Below are positions 1 through 8,949 of a stretch of DNA of 64,000 bases, piece by piece. This stretch comes from Candidatus Latescibacterota bacterium (lineage in GTDB: Bacteria; Latescibacterota; UBA2968; UBA8231): the NCBI GenBank assembly GCA_965203175.1, contig OZ241867.1, positions 5,856,001-5,920,000 on the forward strand. The letters run 5' to 3'. The notes under the pieces are model-generated. The model was not told the origin of the DNA and searched no databases. It worked only from the letters and a program-made list of their open reading frames with translations. The stretch's first letter is position 1, and each line of letters starts with the position of its first letter. Made by a program: the position numbers and the translations under genes.

Positions 1-1211
1 TAGGGATCCTCCTGTTCGTCGGCGATGTTGTAGTTGCCGTTGCCGGTCTGATCGTGAATCTCGTCGATGGCGTGGCAGCCCAGGCAGGTCAGCCCGGCTT
101 GGGCTTGGGGCGAGGCGCGGTCGATCTCTTCGGTCATTTTGCCCGCCAGCATCAACGCCGGATCGTGACAACCCGAGCACCACTTGGACTTGACTTTGGC
201 CTCCTCGCCCGCCAAGTCCTTGTAATAGGCGATGTGCGCGTCAACCTCTACATTGCTCTCGGTCGAGTTGCTGCGCATGTGGTTGATCGTCGCCTCGTAG
301 AAGGGGTTGTTGAACGAAGCAAAGCGGTGCGCTGACGTCGCCCACTGTTCGACGATTGCCGCGTGACAGCGGGCGCAAGTCTCCGAACCAATCGGCTCGT
401 TGACCACAAAGCCATACTCGTCCATGTCGCCAGCGAGTTTCTCCGGCTGCGAGAGATCGCCGCGCGTGATGATCCGCGAGGGCAGCACATCGCCAGTCGT
501 AGTCGTAGTAGCCGCTGGAAAAAAGGGGCTTTCAGCCGGCACAAAATTGGCGGGGACAAACTCGTCAGGCGCAAAGTCAGCGACCTCCCGCGCCTTGGAA
601 CCCGGCCCAGTGTGCTTGCCAGCGGCAAATGCCTCCTCGGCCGCCTGCGTGTACTGCTCGCCGCTATAACTCAACCCGTGTAGCACCACGGCTAGCGCCA
701 ACAGCCCGACCACTGCTACGGGCACAATGCGATAGCTCCGCGCAGAGGGCTTCCACAGTGAGAGGCGACGGTGAGCCAAGTAAAAGAGAGGAATCAAAAC
801 CGCCGCGGCCACGTGGCTCCAGTATGCCACCGGGTTGCCGCGATTGCTCGCCGCGCTGAGGATGAACAGCCCGCTGATGGCCAGTACAATGCCCAGCGTC
901 AGCGTGGCGATGCCGGTGAGGATGGCCCGCTTGCGGCTCTTGCGCCATACCGCCGGTAGGTGCCAAGCCACAAAGCCCATCGCCAGGACCACCAGCACCA
1001 GACCGACGCCCGTATGCGACAGCACCATGCCTTGGTAAAACTTGGGCAGGGAAATGTCGGTGACGGCGAAGTAGGCGAAATCGAGAGCGTCGGCCAGCCG
1101 ATTGGTCAGCAAATAGAGCGTGTCGGCGACCATGAAGACGCCCAAGGCCACCACAGCTAGCAAGGTCCGTTGCTGGCGAGTACTCAGGCGACTCGGGGTT
1201 TTCTTTTGCAT
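1..1211 (-). CDS. Membrane-anchored multiheme c-type cytochrome with His-containing TM N-terminus; runs off the window start
   Basis: Hand translation from ATG 1211 (MQKKTPSRLSTRQQRTLLAVV...) is open to position 1. About 5 TM segments, then CxxCH motifs CARCH (363-377), CSGCH (165-179) and CLGCH (72-86). Not in the ORF track because there is no stop in the window. Confidence 0.85.
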   Translation of the reverse strand, partial: MQKKTPSRLSTRQQRTLLAVVALGVFMVADTLYLLTNRLADALDFAYFAVTDISLPKFYQGMVLSHTGVGLVLVVLAMGFVAWHLPAVWRKSRKRAILTGIATLTLGIVLAISGLFILSAASNRGNPVAYWSHVAAAVLIPLFYLAHRRLSLWKPSARSYRIVPVAVVGLLALAVVLHGLSYSGEQYTQAAEEAFAAGKHTGPGSKAREVADFAPDEFVPANFVPAESPFFPAATTTTTGDVLPSRIITRGDLSQPEKLAGDMDEYGFVVNEPIGSETCARCHAAIVEQWATSAHRFASFNNPFYEATINHMRSNSTESNVEVDAHIAYYKDLAGEEAKVKSKWCSGCHDPALMLAGKMTEEIDRASPQAQAGLTCLGCHAIDEIHDQTGNGNYNIADEQEDP

Positions 1212-1316
1212 GGCTTAGCTGGGCAGAGCGCACATGGCCGGCGGGATTACCGGGTTTCCTCCCTTAAAGATAGGAGGTACGCGCGATCTCTGGTAGACTG
1301 CGACCGGCGGGGATGC

Positions 1317-2033
1317 TTATGCCCACTGCCCTTGTAGCCAGCCAACGACCTTTTCGACCATGACCTGCGCGTGCTCGCTAAAGACGTGATCGGCCCCGTC
1401 GATGACGACGAGTTCGCCGTTGTCCCTCGCTCGGGCGAGAATATCGTGCGAGTCATCAATCGGTACCACGTCGTCCTCGCTGCCGTGTACCAACAGCCAA
1501 GGCACTACAATCTCGGCCCCGCGTCGCACCACGGTGTCGATCTGGGCCATGTCGTCCATGTAGGCTTGCGAGAGCGGGCAGTCTGGCTCATCCCACATGC
1601 ATCCCTCGTCGGGCACCTCCTCGCCAAACTCGCGCTCGGCAAAGGCGTGCGTATGCACCATGCCCGCCAGGGAGACGAGCAGGCGAATGCGCTCGTCGCG
1701 GCTCAAGACGCCGACTGCTCCCCCCATGCTGTGGCCGACATAGCAGACCGAATAGCCGTCTAAAGCGTCGAGCACCGCGCCGAGATCTTCAACTTCTTTG
1801 GAGATCGTCGCGTCGGCAAAGCGGCCCTCGGACGCGCCATTGCCGGCAAAGGAAAAGCGCAACGCGTGGATGCCAGCGGCCGCTAATCTCTCGGCGAGCG
1901 CTACGACAAAGGGGCGGTCCTTGTTGCCGGTCACGCCGTGCCCCAAGACGGCGATGTGCCGCGATCCCTCCGTGCCGGCGTGAAACGTGTAGTCCAGCAT
2001 TTCGCCAGACGGGTTGCGAATGGTTCCGAACAT
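1317..2033 (-). CDS. Alpha/beta-hydrolase (esterase/peptidase-like)
   Basis: HG oxyanion motif, GHSMGG nucleophile elbow, HGSEDDVV and GADH. Start moved to MFGTIRN (AGAAGGA upstream); the track gives 2099. Confidence 0.85.
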   Translation of the reverse strand: MFGTIRNPSGEMLDYTFHAGTEGSRHIAVLGHGVTGNKDRPFVVALAERLAAAGIHALRFSFAGNGASEGRFADATISKEVEDLGAVLDALDGYSVCYVGHSMGGAVGVLSRDERIRLLVSLAGMVHTHAFAEREFGEEVPDEGCMWDEPDCPLSQAYMDDMAQIDTVVRRGAEIVVPWLLVHGSEDDVVPIDDSHDILARARDNGELVVIDGADHVFSEHAQVMVEKVVGWLQGQWA

Positions 2034-2176
2034 GGGGTTCATCCTTCTCATTTTGGTGTTCGATCTGTACGTCGTTAGGCTGTCTGCGCTTGAGAACATC
2101 CTCCGCCAGTGTTCTCCTTATCCACATGGCTAGCGAATCGCTGCTTGGATTACTGTTTGGGGCAATAGATTATAGT

Positions 2177-3268
2177 TTACTCGACTAAGTCGCCGAGACC
2201 ACAGGCCGAACCAAAGGTTTCTATCTTCCATCGCCCCTGCGAGCCGAGCGGGTGCCGCAGCCGAATCGCGCCTGGTGACATCGCTAGCTGTCGAAGTTCG
2301 ATGCCGGTACTGCGAATGGTTCGGTCAACCATACTATGCCTGCGCACTTGGGATGGTGCGGACAAACCGGTGCTCGCCGTTGCATAGGCGTTTGTTGTGT
2401 GTGCGAGAATACGCCGCACATCGCGTTGGCTCGGCAGTACATGGCCTCCCCTACACCATGGTGCCAGCACCGCGACGGGATTGGATTCCAGCATCCGGTT
2501 CCACACATCCGGTTCATCGGCGTTTTCCGATCCATGGTGCGGAACCTTGAATACTGACGCCTTGTCGGTTGGCCGCTCCTCACTCTGCAGAATTTCTACC
2601 CAACCGCGCTTTTCCAGATCCGAACCGAGTAGCACCGCAATATCATCAACGCCGATCCAGAGCACGACTGACATATCGTTGGGAGTAACATATGGAATCC
2701 GTGTCTTTGTCCGATTCTCTCTGGGGAACAGATTGCCAATAGATTGCAGGAAGTTCCAAAAAGCGACGTCACTAGGCGACAATGACCAGACCTCACAATT
2801 GCCCCAAGCATGGATACGTCGGTTGGCCGCAGCAAACGTGAGGCGCGACGCCTTGGACTCAAGCCAAGTGAATACGCGGTGTATCTCTCGAACTCCTGAA
2901 CCGGCCTCGGAGAGGTGGCGACTTTCCAAAGCACCAACGGCCGCGAGAAATTCATTGTTGAGGAGAGCATTGGCACAACAGAAATCGGCCTTGCTGCAGA
3001 CTTCCACTAGCCTCGTCATCCCGCATATGTGATCGTCGTGCCAGTGAGTCGCCACAACCAGATCGACCACTTGCGCCGGATCGACGCCGATGCTTTCGAG
3101 ATACTCTAAGGCACGTGGGTTTCCTTCGGCGTTGACACAGGAATCAACTATCACCCAACCACCGGAACCTATATGTAGGACGATGCTCTCGCCGTAGCCG
3201 GGGCCGAACAACACGACCTCAAACTCATCCTCGTCTGGCGGGATTCCCGCCTCCCCAGCTTCTGTCAC
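2177..3268 (-). CDS. Stand-alone ComEC/Rec2-type metallo-beta-lactamase-fold hydrolase (putative nuclease)
   Basis: GPGYGES, IVDSC, THWHDDH, NDMS, LGSD and KVPHHGS motifs; no TM segments; GTG start overlaps the upstream stop (GTGA). Confidence 0.85.
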   Translation of the reverse strand: MTEAGEAGIPPDEDEFEVVLFGPGYGESIVLHIGSGGWVIVDSCVNAEGNPRALEYLESIGVDPAQVVDLVVATHWHDDHICGMTRLVEVCSKADFCCANALLNNEFLAAVGALESRHLSEAGSGVREIHRVFTWLESKASRLTFAAANRRIHAWGNCEVWSLSPSDVAFWNFLQSIGNLFPRENRTKTRIPYVTPNDMSVVLWIGVDDIAVLLGSDLEKRGWVEILQSEERPTDKASVFKVPHHGSENADEPDVWNRMLESNPVAVLAPWCRGGHVLPSQRDVRRILAHTTNAYATASTGLSAPSQVRRHSMVDRTIRSTGIELRQLAMSPGAIRLRHPLGSQGRWKIETFGSACGLGDLVE

Positions 3269-3879
3269 TGCTCGAAAGCCGCCATGATTTTACGAGCCCA
3301 TTCCTCGCCATCCCGAAGGTCAGTCTTGGTAATCGCCGGAAGATCGCGAAACACGATATAGGAAACACTCTTTTTCGCTCCCGCCGTGCGCTCGTAGCCG
3401 ATCACCCAGCGGAAGATGCTTCCGACCTGCAATTTGGCAGCATCGTCTTCTAATATTTCATCTAGGGGGATATTCGCTTCTTCCCCCGCATAGGTCGCCT
3501 TTGCCGTCAGGTCGGTCAGTCTTGCAGTGAATTCCGTGTCGTTTATCTCAGTGACATATCCTTCCCACTCTTGTAGGGCATGGAGTGTCACAGACGGGGA
3601 TGGGCTTACTGGAAGCTCCGGTAGTTTCACAATCCAGGAGAAAACATCGCTGTCCTGTTCATGGTCGGCGAACGCTGGCAAGGTCTCCTCTTCCATATCT
3701 TGGTCCTGGTCGTGCACAATTGTTGTCGGAGAGTCCGTTCCCTGCTCTAACGCCAAGGTGATAGCTTGGTCCGCATTCTGAACGAGGGGCTCCTGCTGCA
3801 CAGCATTCTCACCGAAATCGCTGAGCTTTTCATGCGGATTGGCATGTTGTACCGCTGTGGATTGAACCGCCTGCAACAT
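3265..3879 (-). CDS. Hypothetical protein: acidic disordered N-terminus plus S1/OB-like C-terminal domain
   Basis: Coupled to both neighbours. WEGYVTEI...FTARL...IPLDEI...LQVGSIFRWVIG resembles the S1/OB strand pattern (by eye). Confidence 0.65.
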   Translation of the reverse strand: MLQAVQSTAVQHANPHEKLSDFGENAVQQEPLVQNADQAITLALEQGTDSPTTIVHDQDQDMEEETLPAFADHEQDSDVFSWIVKLPELPVSPSPSVTLHALQEWEGYVTEINDTEFTARLTDLTAKATYAGEEANIPLDEILEDDAAKLQVGSIFRWVIGYERTAGAKKSVSYIVFRDLPAITKTDLRDGEEWARKIMAAFEQ

Positions 3880-3882
3880 GAA

Positions 3883-4605
3883 CTAGTCCTCCTTTGTCTT
3901 TGCTAAGGACATAATGTGATCAATGATACCGTTGCTACGCTCAAGTGACGTATCGAAGTTGTCATCGAAAAGCTCCATCAAGCGCTCGGCAGTTTCCAAC
4001 TCGGCATTGTCGATGGCATAGTGATCGTTGACTCCTACATAAACTCCAGTTTGCCTATTTCTAATCCGGTAAGACGGTTCCACCGTAACGTTGATTTGAC
4101 CTCCCGTTGGCCTTCCATCGGGGGCGAGTTGCGACATCGTCAGCGACTTCATCCCGCCATGCCTGCCATCTAGATCGAGGTCACGCCCCCAAGTCCCCCA
4201 CGGTTCCACTGGTGCCAGCGTTCTGCCAATTCGATCCCGTTCGGCCAAACTTTCCACCCGAAAATGAACGTCGCGATTGATTCCGAACGCCCTGAGGGGC
4301 GTATGATGCAGGTACTCCTTGAATATCCGTACGACGAGGTCTCGCAGGCGAACGTGAGGTGCCTGCAATGTTTCGACGAAAAATTTATCAACCTGGACCT
4401 GCAGGCGAAGCCAGCCAGCGACAAAGTTAGTCACCTGCGGATTAGCAATATGTAATTCCGCGCTGTCTGCGACACTCTCCGGCAGAAGACCGTGCAGCGC
4501 AAACCAAGCCGGCGTGAAGATCGCCGGGTTGAAATCCCCGAGCAAGACGACACTCACGCCGCTGATCTCCGGCTCGATCCTCATGTTATCTATCCTCTTC
4601 GACAT
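3883..4605 (-). CDS. Hypothetical protein, TIGR04255-like
   Basis: SVVLLGDFNPAIFTPAWF...HTPLRAFGIN...VNDHY resembles my recollection of TIGR04255-like proteins (unverified). Alternative start 4584 has a GAGGA RBS. Confidence 0.6.
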   Translation of the reverse strand: MSKRIDNMRIEPEISGVSVVLLGDFNPAIFTPAWFALHGLLPESVADSAELHIANPQVTNFVAGWLRLQVQVDKFFVETLQAPHVRLRDLVVRIFKEYLHHTPLRAFGINRDVHFRVESLAERDRIGRTLAPVEPWGTWGRDLDLDGRHGGMKSLTMSQLAPDGRPTGGQINVTVEPSYRIRNRQTGVYVGVNDHYAIDNAELETAERLMELFDDNFDTSLERSNGIIDHIMSLAKTKED

Positions 4606-4649
4606 AGCTGGTGTCGTGCACGGTCATGTCACGAATCCAGCTTCACGAG

Positions 4650-4678
4650 ATAATCTGTCCTATCTGCGCCGCCGTCAA
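4650..4678 (-). promoter_or_regulatory. Putative sigma70 promoter of the three-gene module
   Basis: TTGACG-17 bp-GATTAT on the minus strand. Confidence 0.4.
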
Positions 4679-4765
4679 GAGTACGCGTAGCGTCATCAGC
4701 ATCCGGTGGGCATGTCTGCGATGTATCGCTAGTAGGCGGATAGACCTCGAATATCGTTGGTGTAT

Positions 4766-5944
4766 TCATGACCCCAAAAATTCACAAGTCTGCCGCGCCA
4801 CCACCAATTCCTCGTCAGTGCGCAGCACGTAAATGGGCACTCGGCTCGACTCAGCGTGCAAGCTGCCCTCGCCTTGCACAGCCTCGTTTTTAGCCGCATC
4901 CATCACCACTCCCAAAAATTCCAAGTCGCGCAGAATCTGGCCGCGTACGGCAGTCGAGTACTCGCCAATCCCGCCGGTAAAGCTAATCGCGTCTAGCCCA
5001 CCCATCTCCACCACAAAAGCCCCCAGCCAGTCGCGCGACGACGTCGCCAACACGGCTATGGCCAAGGCACAGCGCTCGTCCCCGCTTTCCGCACCCGCTT
5101 CAATGTCACGCATATCGCCGTACCCGCAAAGCCCTACGAGGCCGCCCTCGTTAGCGCACTGCGCCAACACCTCGTCCCACGGTCGCCCCTCGTTGCGCAT
5201 AACCAAGTCCAGCGCGTACGGATCCAAGTCGCCGATGCGGTTGTTCTGCGGCAGGCCACTCTGCGGGCTTAGTCCATGCGACGCCCCCTGCGAGACTCCG
5301 TCCTTTACCGCGCACAGCGACGAGGACCCACCTAAGTGCATGTTGACATGTTTGAGGTCAGCACGCCCCGCCAGTTCCACGACCTTCTCAGCGGCGTAGA
5401 GGTGGCTGGCTCCGTGGAAGCCGTAGCGCTGGATGCCGTACTGTTCGTACCAAGCGTAGGGCACTGCGTACATTTTGCGCCGCTGCGGCATCGCACCGTG
5501 GAACGCCGTCTCAAAGCATCCGACCCGCCGCGCCTTGGGGGCCACCCGCGCAAACTGCCGGATCGCCGCCACGTACGCGGGATTGTGCGCCGGAGCCAGC
5601 GGATAAAAGTCCTCCATCCGCCCGACGATGTCCTCGTCGAGTTCGACCACCCCGGAAATAGCGCGCGCGTGAACAGCCTTAAACCCCACGGCGTCCAACT
5701 CCTCCACAGAAGCCAACACCCCCCCCTCGGCCAAGCGCGCGAGGGCCTCGTCAATCGCGCTGGCGTGGTCGGGTAACTCCACGGCCTGCTCAACCTCGTC
5801 GGCCCTGCCAATCTCGAAGGTGTGCACCGAGCCTTGACCCCCGATCCGATCCATGCCGCCCCGCGCCAAAACCACCTCCTCGGGCATGGAAAAGACCTTG
5901 TACTTAAACGAGGTACTGCCGAGATTAGAAACTAGGATTTTCAT
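4766..5944 (-). CDS. ackA: Acetate/propionate kinase
   Basis: NLGSTSFKY, PLAPAHN, FETAFH, RYGFHGASH, HLGGSSS, FTGGIGE, TDEE. Confidence 0.9.
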   Translation of the reverse strand: MKILVSNLGSTSFKYKVFSMPEEVVLARGGMDRIGGQGSVHTFEIGRADEVEQAVELPDHASAIDEALARLAEGGVLASVEELDAVGFKAVHARAISGVVELDEDIVGRMEDFYPLAPAHNPAYVAAIRQFARVAPKARRVGCFETAFHGAMPQRRKMYAVPYAWYEQYGIQRYGFHGASHLYAAEKVVELAGRADLKHVNMHLGGSSSLCAVKDGVSQGASHGLSPQSGLPQNNRIGDLDPYALDLVMRNEGRPWDEVLAQCANEGGLVGLCGYGDMRDIEAGAESGDERCALAIAVLATSSRDWLGAFVVEMGGLDAISFTGGIGEYSTAVRGQILRDLEFLGVVMDAAKNEAVQGEGSLHAESSRVPIYVLRTDEELVVARQTCEFLGS

Positions 5945-5945
5945 C

Positions 5946-7145
5946 TCAGGGCCGCGCCGGGCTGCCGTCGGGCAAGCGCGTCTGCGTCCACCCTATGACC
6001 TCGTCTTTACAAGGATACTTAGCCGCCAAGTCCTCGTCGATGTCGATCCCCAACCCCGGGCCATCACTCGGATACATGTACCCGTTGCGCACCTCGGGCA
6101 GCCCCGGAAACATTTCGTATATGTGCTCTGCGAACCGGCACCACTCCTGTATCCCAAAGTTAGGTGCCCACAAGTCCAGATGCAGGTTGGCCGCATGCCC
6201 CACCGGCGAGGTGTCGCCCGGGCCGTGCCAAGCCGTGCGCACCCCGTACATCTGCCCAAAAGCCGCCACATTGCGCGCCGGAGTGATCCCCCCCATCTGG
6301 CTCACGTGCATGCGCATGAAGTCAATTAATCGTCCCTCGATGAGCGGCGTCCACTCGTGCGGGTGGTTGAACAACTCGCCCATGGCCTGCGGCGTCGCGC
6401 ACTGCTGGCGGATGTGGCGGAACCACTCAATGTCTTCGGGCGCGAGCGCGTCCTCCAAGAAGAATAGCTTGAACTCCTCCACATCCTTGGCAAAACCCAC
6501 CGCCTCAATCGGGTGCAGCCGCTCGTGGATGTCGTGCAGCAGTTCCACCTCAAAGCCCAGTTCGGCGCGGATGTGCGCAAACATCCGCAGGTGATTCATC
6601 ATGTACTCTTTGCGGTTGTAATACGCACCTTCGGGAGCGCCCTCGGGTTTGACCAAGGTCAATGCCTTGCCGCCGTAACCGCCCATCTGGCAGCGGATGT
6701 AGCGATAGCCTTGCTCTTGGAACTGGCGGATGCTATCGACGACGGCCTCGGGCGTGTCGCCGCCCGCGTGGCCGTACACCGCAGCCCCCTCGCGGCACTT
6801 ACCGCCCAGTAATTGGTACACCGGCATCCCCGCCCGCTTGCCCTTGATGTCCCACAGCGCCTGATCGACGCCAGAGATGGCGTTGTTGAGCACTGGGCCG
6901 TTGCGCCAATAGCCGTTGACCATCAACATCTGCCAAGTCTCCTCAATCCGGTCCACGTCGCGACCGATGAGGAAGGGCTTGAAATGCTGCTCGATGGCCG
7001 TATGCACGGCGTGGAAGCGCTGGGTGAAGGTCGCACAACCAAGTCCGTACAGGCCGTCGTCCGACGTGATAATCTTGACGATGACCAAGCGGGAGCCGCC
7101 CGGTTGGGTGAGAATGGTTTGAACGTCTTTAATGGTAACGGCCAT
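5946..7145 (-). CDS. RspA/ManD-like sugar-acid dehydratase (enolase superfamily)
   Basis: YWRNGPV, ALWDIKGK..GMPVYQLLGGK, LLHDIHERL, FLED, GELF and HG motifs. Confidence 0.88.
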   Translation of the reverse strand: MAVTIKDVQTILTQPGGSRLVIVKIITSDDGLYGLGCATFTQRFHAVHTAIEQHFKPFLIGRDVDRIEETWQMLMVNGYWRNGPVLNNAISGVDQALWDIKGKRAGMPVYQLLGGKCREGAAVYGHAGGDTPEAVVDSIRQFQEQGYRYIRCQMGGYGGKALTLVKPEGAPEGAYYNRKEYMMNHLRMFAHIRAELGFEVELLHDIHERLHPIEAVGFAKDVEEFKLFFLEDALAPEDIEWFRHIRQQCATPQAMGELFNHPHEWTPLIEGRLIDFMRMHVSQMGGITPARNVAAFGQMYGVRTAWHGPGDTSPVGHAANLHLDLWAPNFGIQEWCRFAEHIYEMFPGLPEVRNGYMYPSDGPGLGIDIDEDLAAKYPCKDEVIGWTQTRLPDGSPARP

Positions 7146-7222
7146 GAGATCTCCTTGTTAGGGTAAAAATCAGGGGGTATTCTGCACACCAGCCCGCGTT
7201 TTTGTCAAGGGACGCGCCGTCC

Positions 7223-7251
7223 TTGTCGGGGCGGGCGGCGACGGTTAGCTT
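7223..7251 (+). promoter_or_regulatory. Putative sigma70 promoter giving a near-leaderless uppP mRNA
   Basis: TTGTCG-17 bp-TAGCTT ending 9 nt before ATG 7261; no Shine-Dalgarno. Confidence 0.4.
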
Positions 7252-7260
7252 AAGCCCTCC

Positions 7261-8070
7261 ATGCACTGGCTACAAGCGCTCATCTTAGGCATAGTCCAAG
7301 GTCTGACCGAATTCCTGCCCATCAGCAGTACAGCTCACCTGCGAGTAGTACCTCACTTTCTCGGCTGGGACGATCCAGGCGCGGCGTTTTCCGCAGTGAT
7401 CCAACTGGGGACGCTCGCGGCTGTATTCGCGTACTTCACGGCCGATGTTAAAAAGCTAGTCGTCGCCGCGCTGCAAGGGGTGATGCACCGCAACTTCAAC
7501 CACAGCCCAGACTGCCGCATGGCGTGGTCCATTGCCGTGGGCACCGTGCCCATTGCCGTGCTCGGCCTCGGAGGACGCGACTTTATCGAGACCGAGGCCC
7601 GCCAACTCCCCCTCATCGCCACAAGCTTGATCGTCCTCGCGCTGTTCTTGATACTGGCCGAGCGCGTGGGGCGGCGCGAGCGCACCATGCAGGACCTCGG
7701 CTTCTGGTCGATCCAGTTCATCGGCTTGTGCCAAGCTCTTGCCCTGATTCCCGGTTGTTCGCGGTCTGGTTCAACCATCATGGGTGGGCTTTTCGTGGGT
7801 CTTCAGCGCGCAGATGCTGCTCGCTTCTCCTTTTTGCTCGGCCTGCCGGCCATTGGCGCCAGCGGCCTCCTGCAACTATTCGCCCTGCTCGAAGGAGGCC
7901 TAGGCGGCGCTGGGCTGCTGAGTTTGGGGCTGGGGATCTTCGCCGCCGCCGTCAGCGGCTACCTGTCCATCGGCTTCTTACTCCGCTTCCTTCAGCGCCA
8001 CGGCACCTACTCGTTTGCCGCCTATCGCATCCTGCTCGGCGGCCTCATCTTCTATTCACTGTACGGTTAA
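7261..8070 (+). CDS. uppP: Undecaprenyl-diphosphate phosphatase
   Basis: LGIVQGLTEFLPISSTAHL and ALIPGCSRSG motifs; polytopic membrane protein. Confidence 0.95.
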   Translation: MHWLQALILGIVQGLTEFLPISSTAHLRVVPHFLGWDDPGAAFSAVIQLGTLAAVFAYFTADVKKLVVAALQGVMHRNFNHSPDCRMAWSIAVGTVPIAVLGLGGRDFIETEARQLPLIATSLIVLALFLILAERVGRRERTMQDLGFWSIQFIGLCQALALIPGCSRSGSTIMGGLFVGLQRADAARFSFLLGLPAIGASGLLQLFALLEGGLGGAGLLSLGLGIFAAAVSGYLSIGFLLRFLQRHGTYSFAAYRILLGGLIFYSLYG

Positions 8071-8087
8071 ATCCAACGGAGCTATCC

Positions 8088-8864
8088 ATGTATCCCAACA
8101 ACCTAAAAGCGCGTTTGCGCAGCGGCGAGATCCTCTTTGGCACCAGCCTGTCGGCTCCCACCCCACACGTGGCCGGGTTGATCATTTCCACCGGCCCCGA
8201 TTTTATCTGGGCCGACACCGAGCACATGCCCTTCGCCACCGAAGCACTCGACTCGATCTTGGTGCTGGCCCGGATGCGCGGCGTCGCGCCCATGGTGCGC
8301 GTCGCGTGGAACGACCCCGCGCTGATCAAGAAGGCGTATGACGCGGGCGCAGTGGCCGTAATGGTGCCCCAAGTCGATACGGCTGAAGAAGCCGCCGCCG
8401 CCGTCGATGCCGCCCGCTACGCTCCCGAAGGCCGGCGCGGACTCTCGCCCATGTGGACCCAAATCGCGGGTGCGGACTGGAACGAGGTCATCAAAACCGC
8501 CAACGAAGAGACGCTCGTCGTCCTCCAAATCGAAAGCCAGCGAGCCTACGACAACTTGGACGAAATCAAGCGCGTGCCCGGCATTGACGTGCTTTTCGTC
8601 GGGCCGTTGGACCTGTCGGCGACCGTGGGGACGATCACCAATACCGAGTCGCGGCAAGTGCGGGAAATCATGCGCGATGTGCCGCAACAGCTAGCGGACA
8701 CGGGAATCGCCGCAGGCACTACGCTGGCGGAAGTAGACCAGATTCAAGAGAAAATTCGCTGGGGATATCGCTACCTCAACGTCGGCAATGCCCTCCGCTA
8801 CGGCGTGCAAGTCCTCGACGGCCATCTCAAGACTCTGCGCGCTAATCCGCGCGGCGACAAGTAG
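8088..8864 (+). CDS. HpcH/HpaI-family 2-keto-3-deoxy sugar-acid aldolase
   Basis: DTEH, MVRV, QIES, FVGPLDLS. Real start is MYPNNLK at 8088; the track ORF from 7524 overlaps uppP. Confidence 0.9.
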   Translation: MYPNNLKARLRSGEILFGTSLSAPTPHVAGLIISTGPDFIWADTEHMPFATEALDSILVLARMRGVAPMVRVAWNDPALIKKAYDAGAVAVMVPQVDTAEEAAAAVDAARYAPEGRRGLSPMWTQIAGADWNEVIKTANEETLVVLQIESQRAYDNLDEIKRVPGIDVLFVGPLDLSATVGTITNTESRQVREIMRDVPQQLADTGIAAGTTLAEVDQIQEKIRWGYRYLNVGNALRYGVQVLDGHLKTLRANPRGDK

Positions 8865-8884
8865 GGGACGTGGAGATAAAAAAT

Positions 8885-8913
8885 TTGGAATCTGCCGGAA
8901 ATGATGGTATTTT
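8885..8913 (+). promoter_or_regulatory. Putative sigma70 promoter with extended -10
   Basis: TTGGAA-17 bp-TATTTT preceded by TGn; strong RBS TAAGGAGGT before ATG 8950. Confidence 0.5.
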
Positions 8914-8949
8914 AACTAGCAGTATCTACTCTTTCTAAGGAGGTGCCTT

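Noticed and set aside
664-1233. 189-aa track ORF and other small ORFs in 54-1233
   Set aside because: Shadows of the true cytochrome frame starting at 1211.
2118-2126. Perfect DnaA box TTATCCACA
   Set aside because: Single copy; no cluster, unwinding element or dnaA context.
2100-4765. Mobile-element boundaries around the three-gene module
   Set aside because: No direct or inverted terminal repeats, integrase or tRNA seen by eye.
7524-8087. N-terminal extension of the aldolase ORF
   Set aside because: Overlaps uppP out of frame and has low-complexity Arg/Pro composition.
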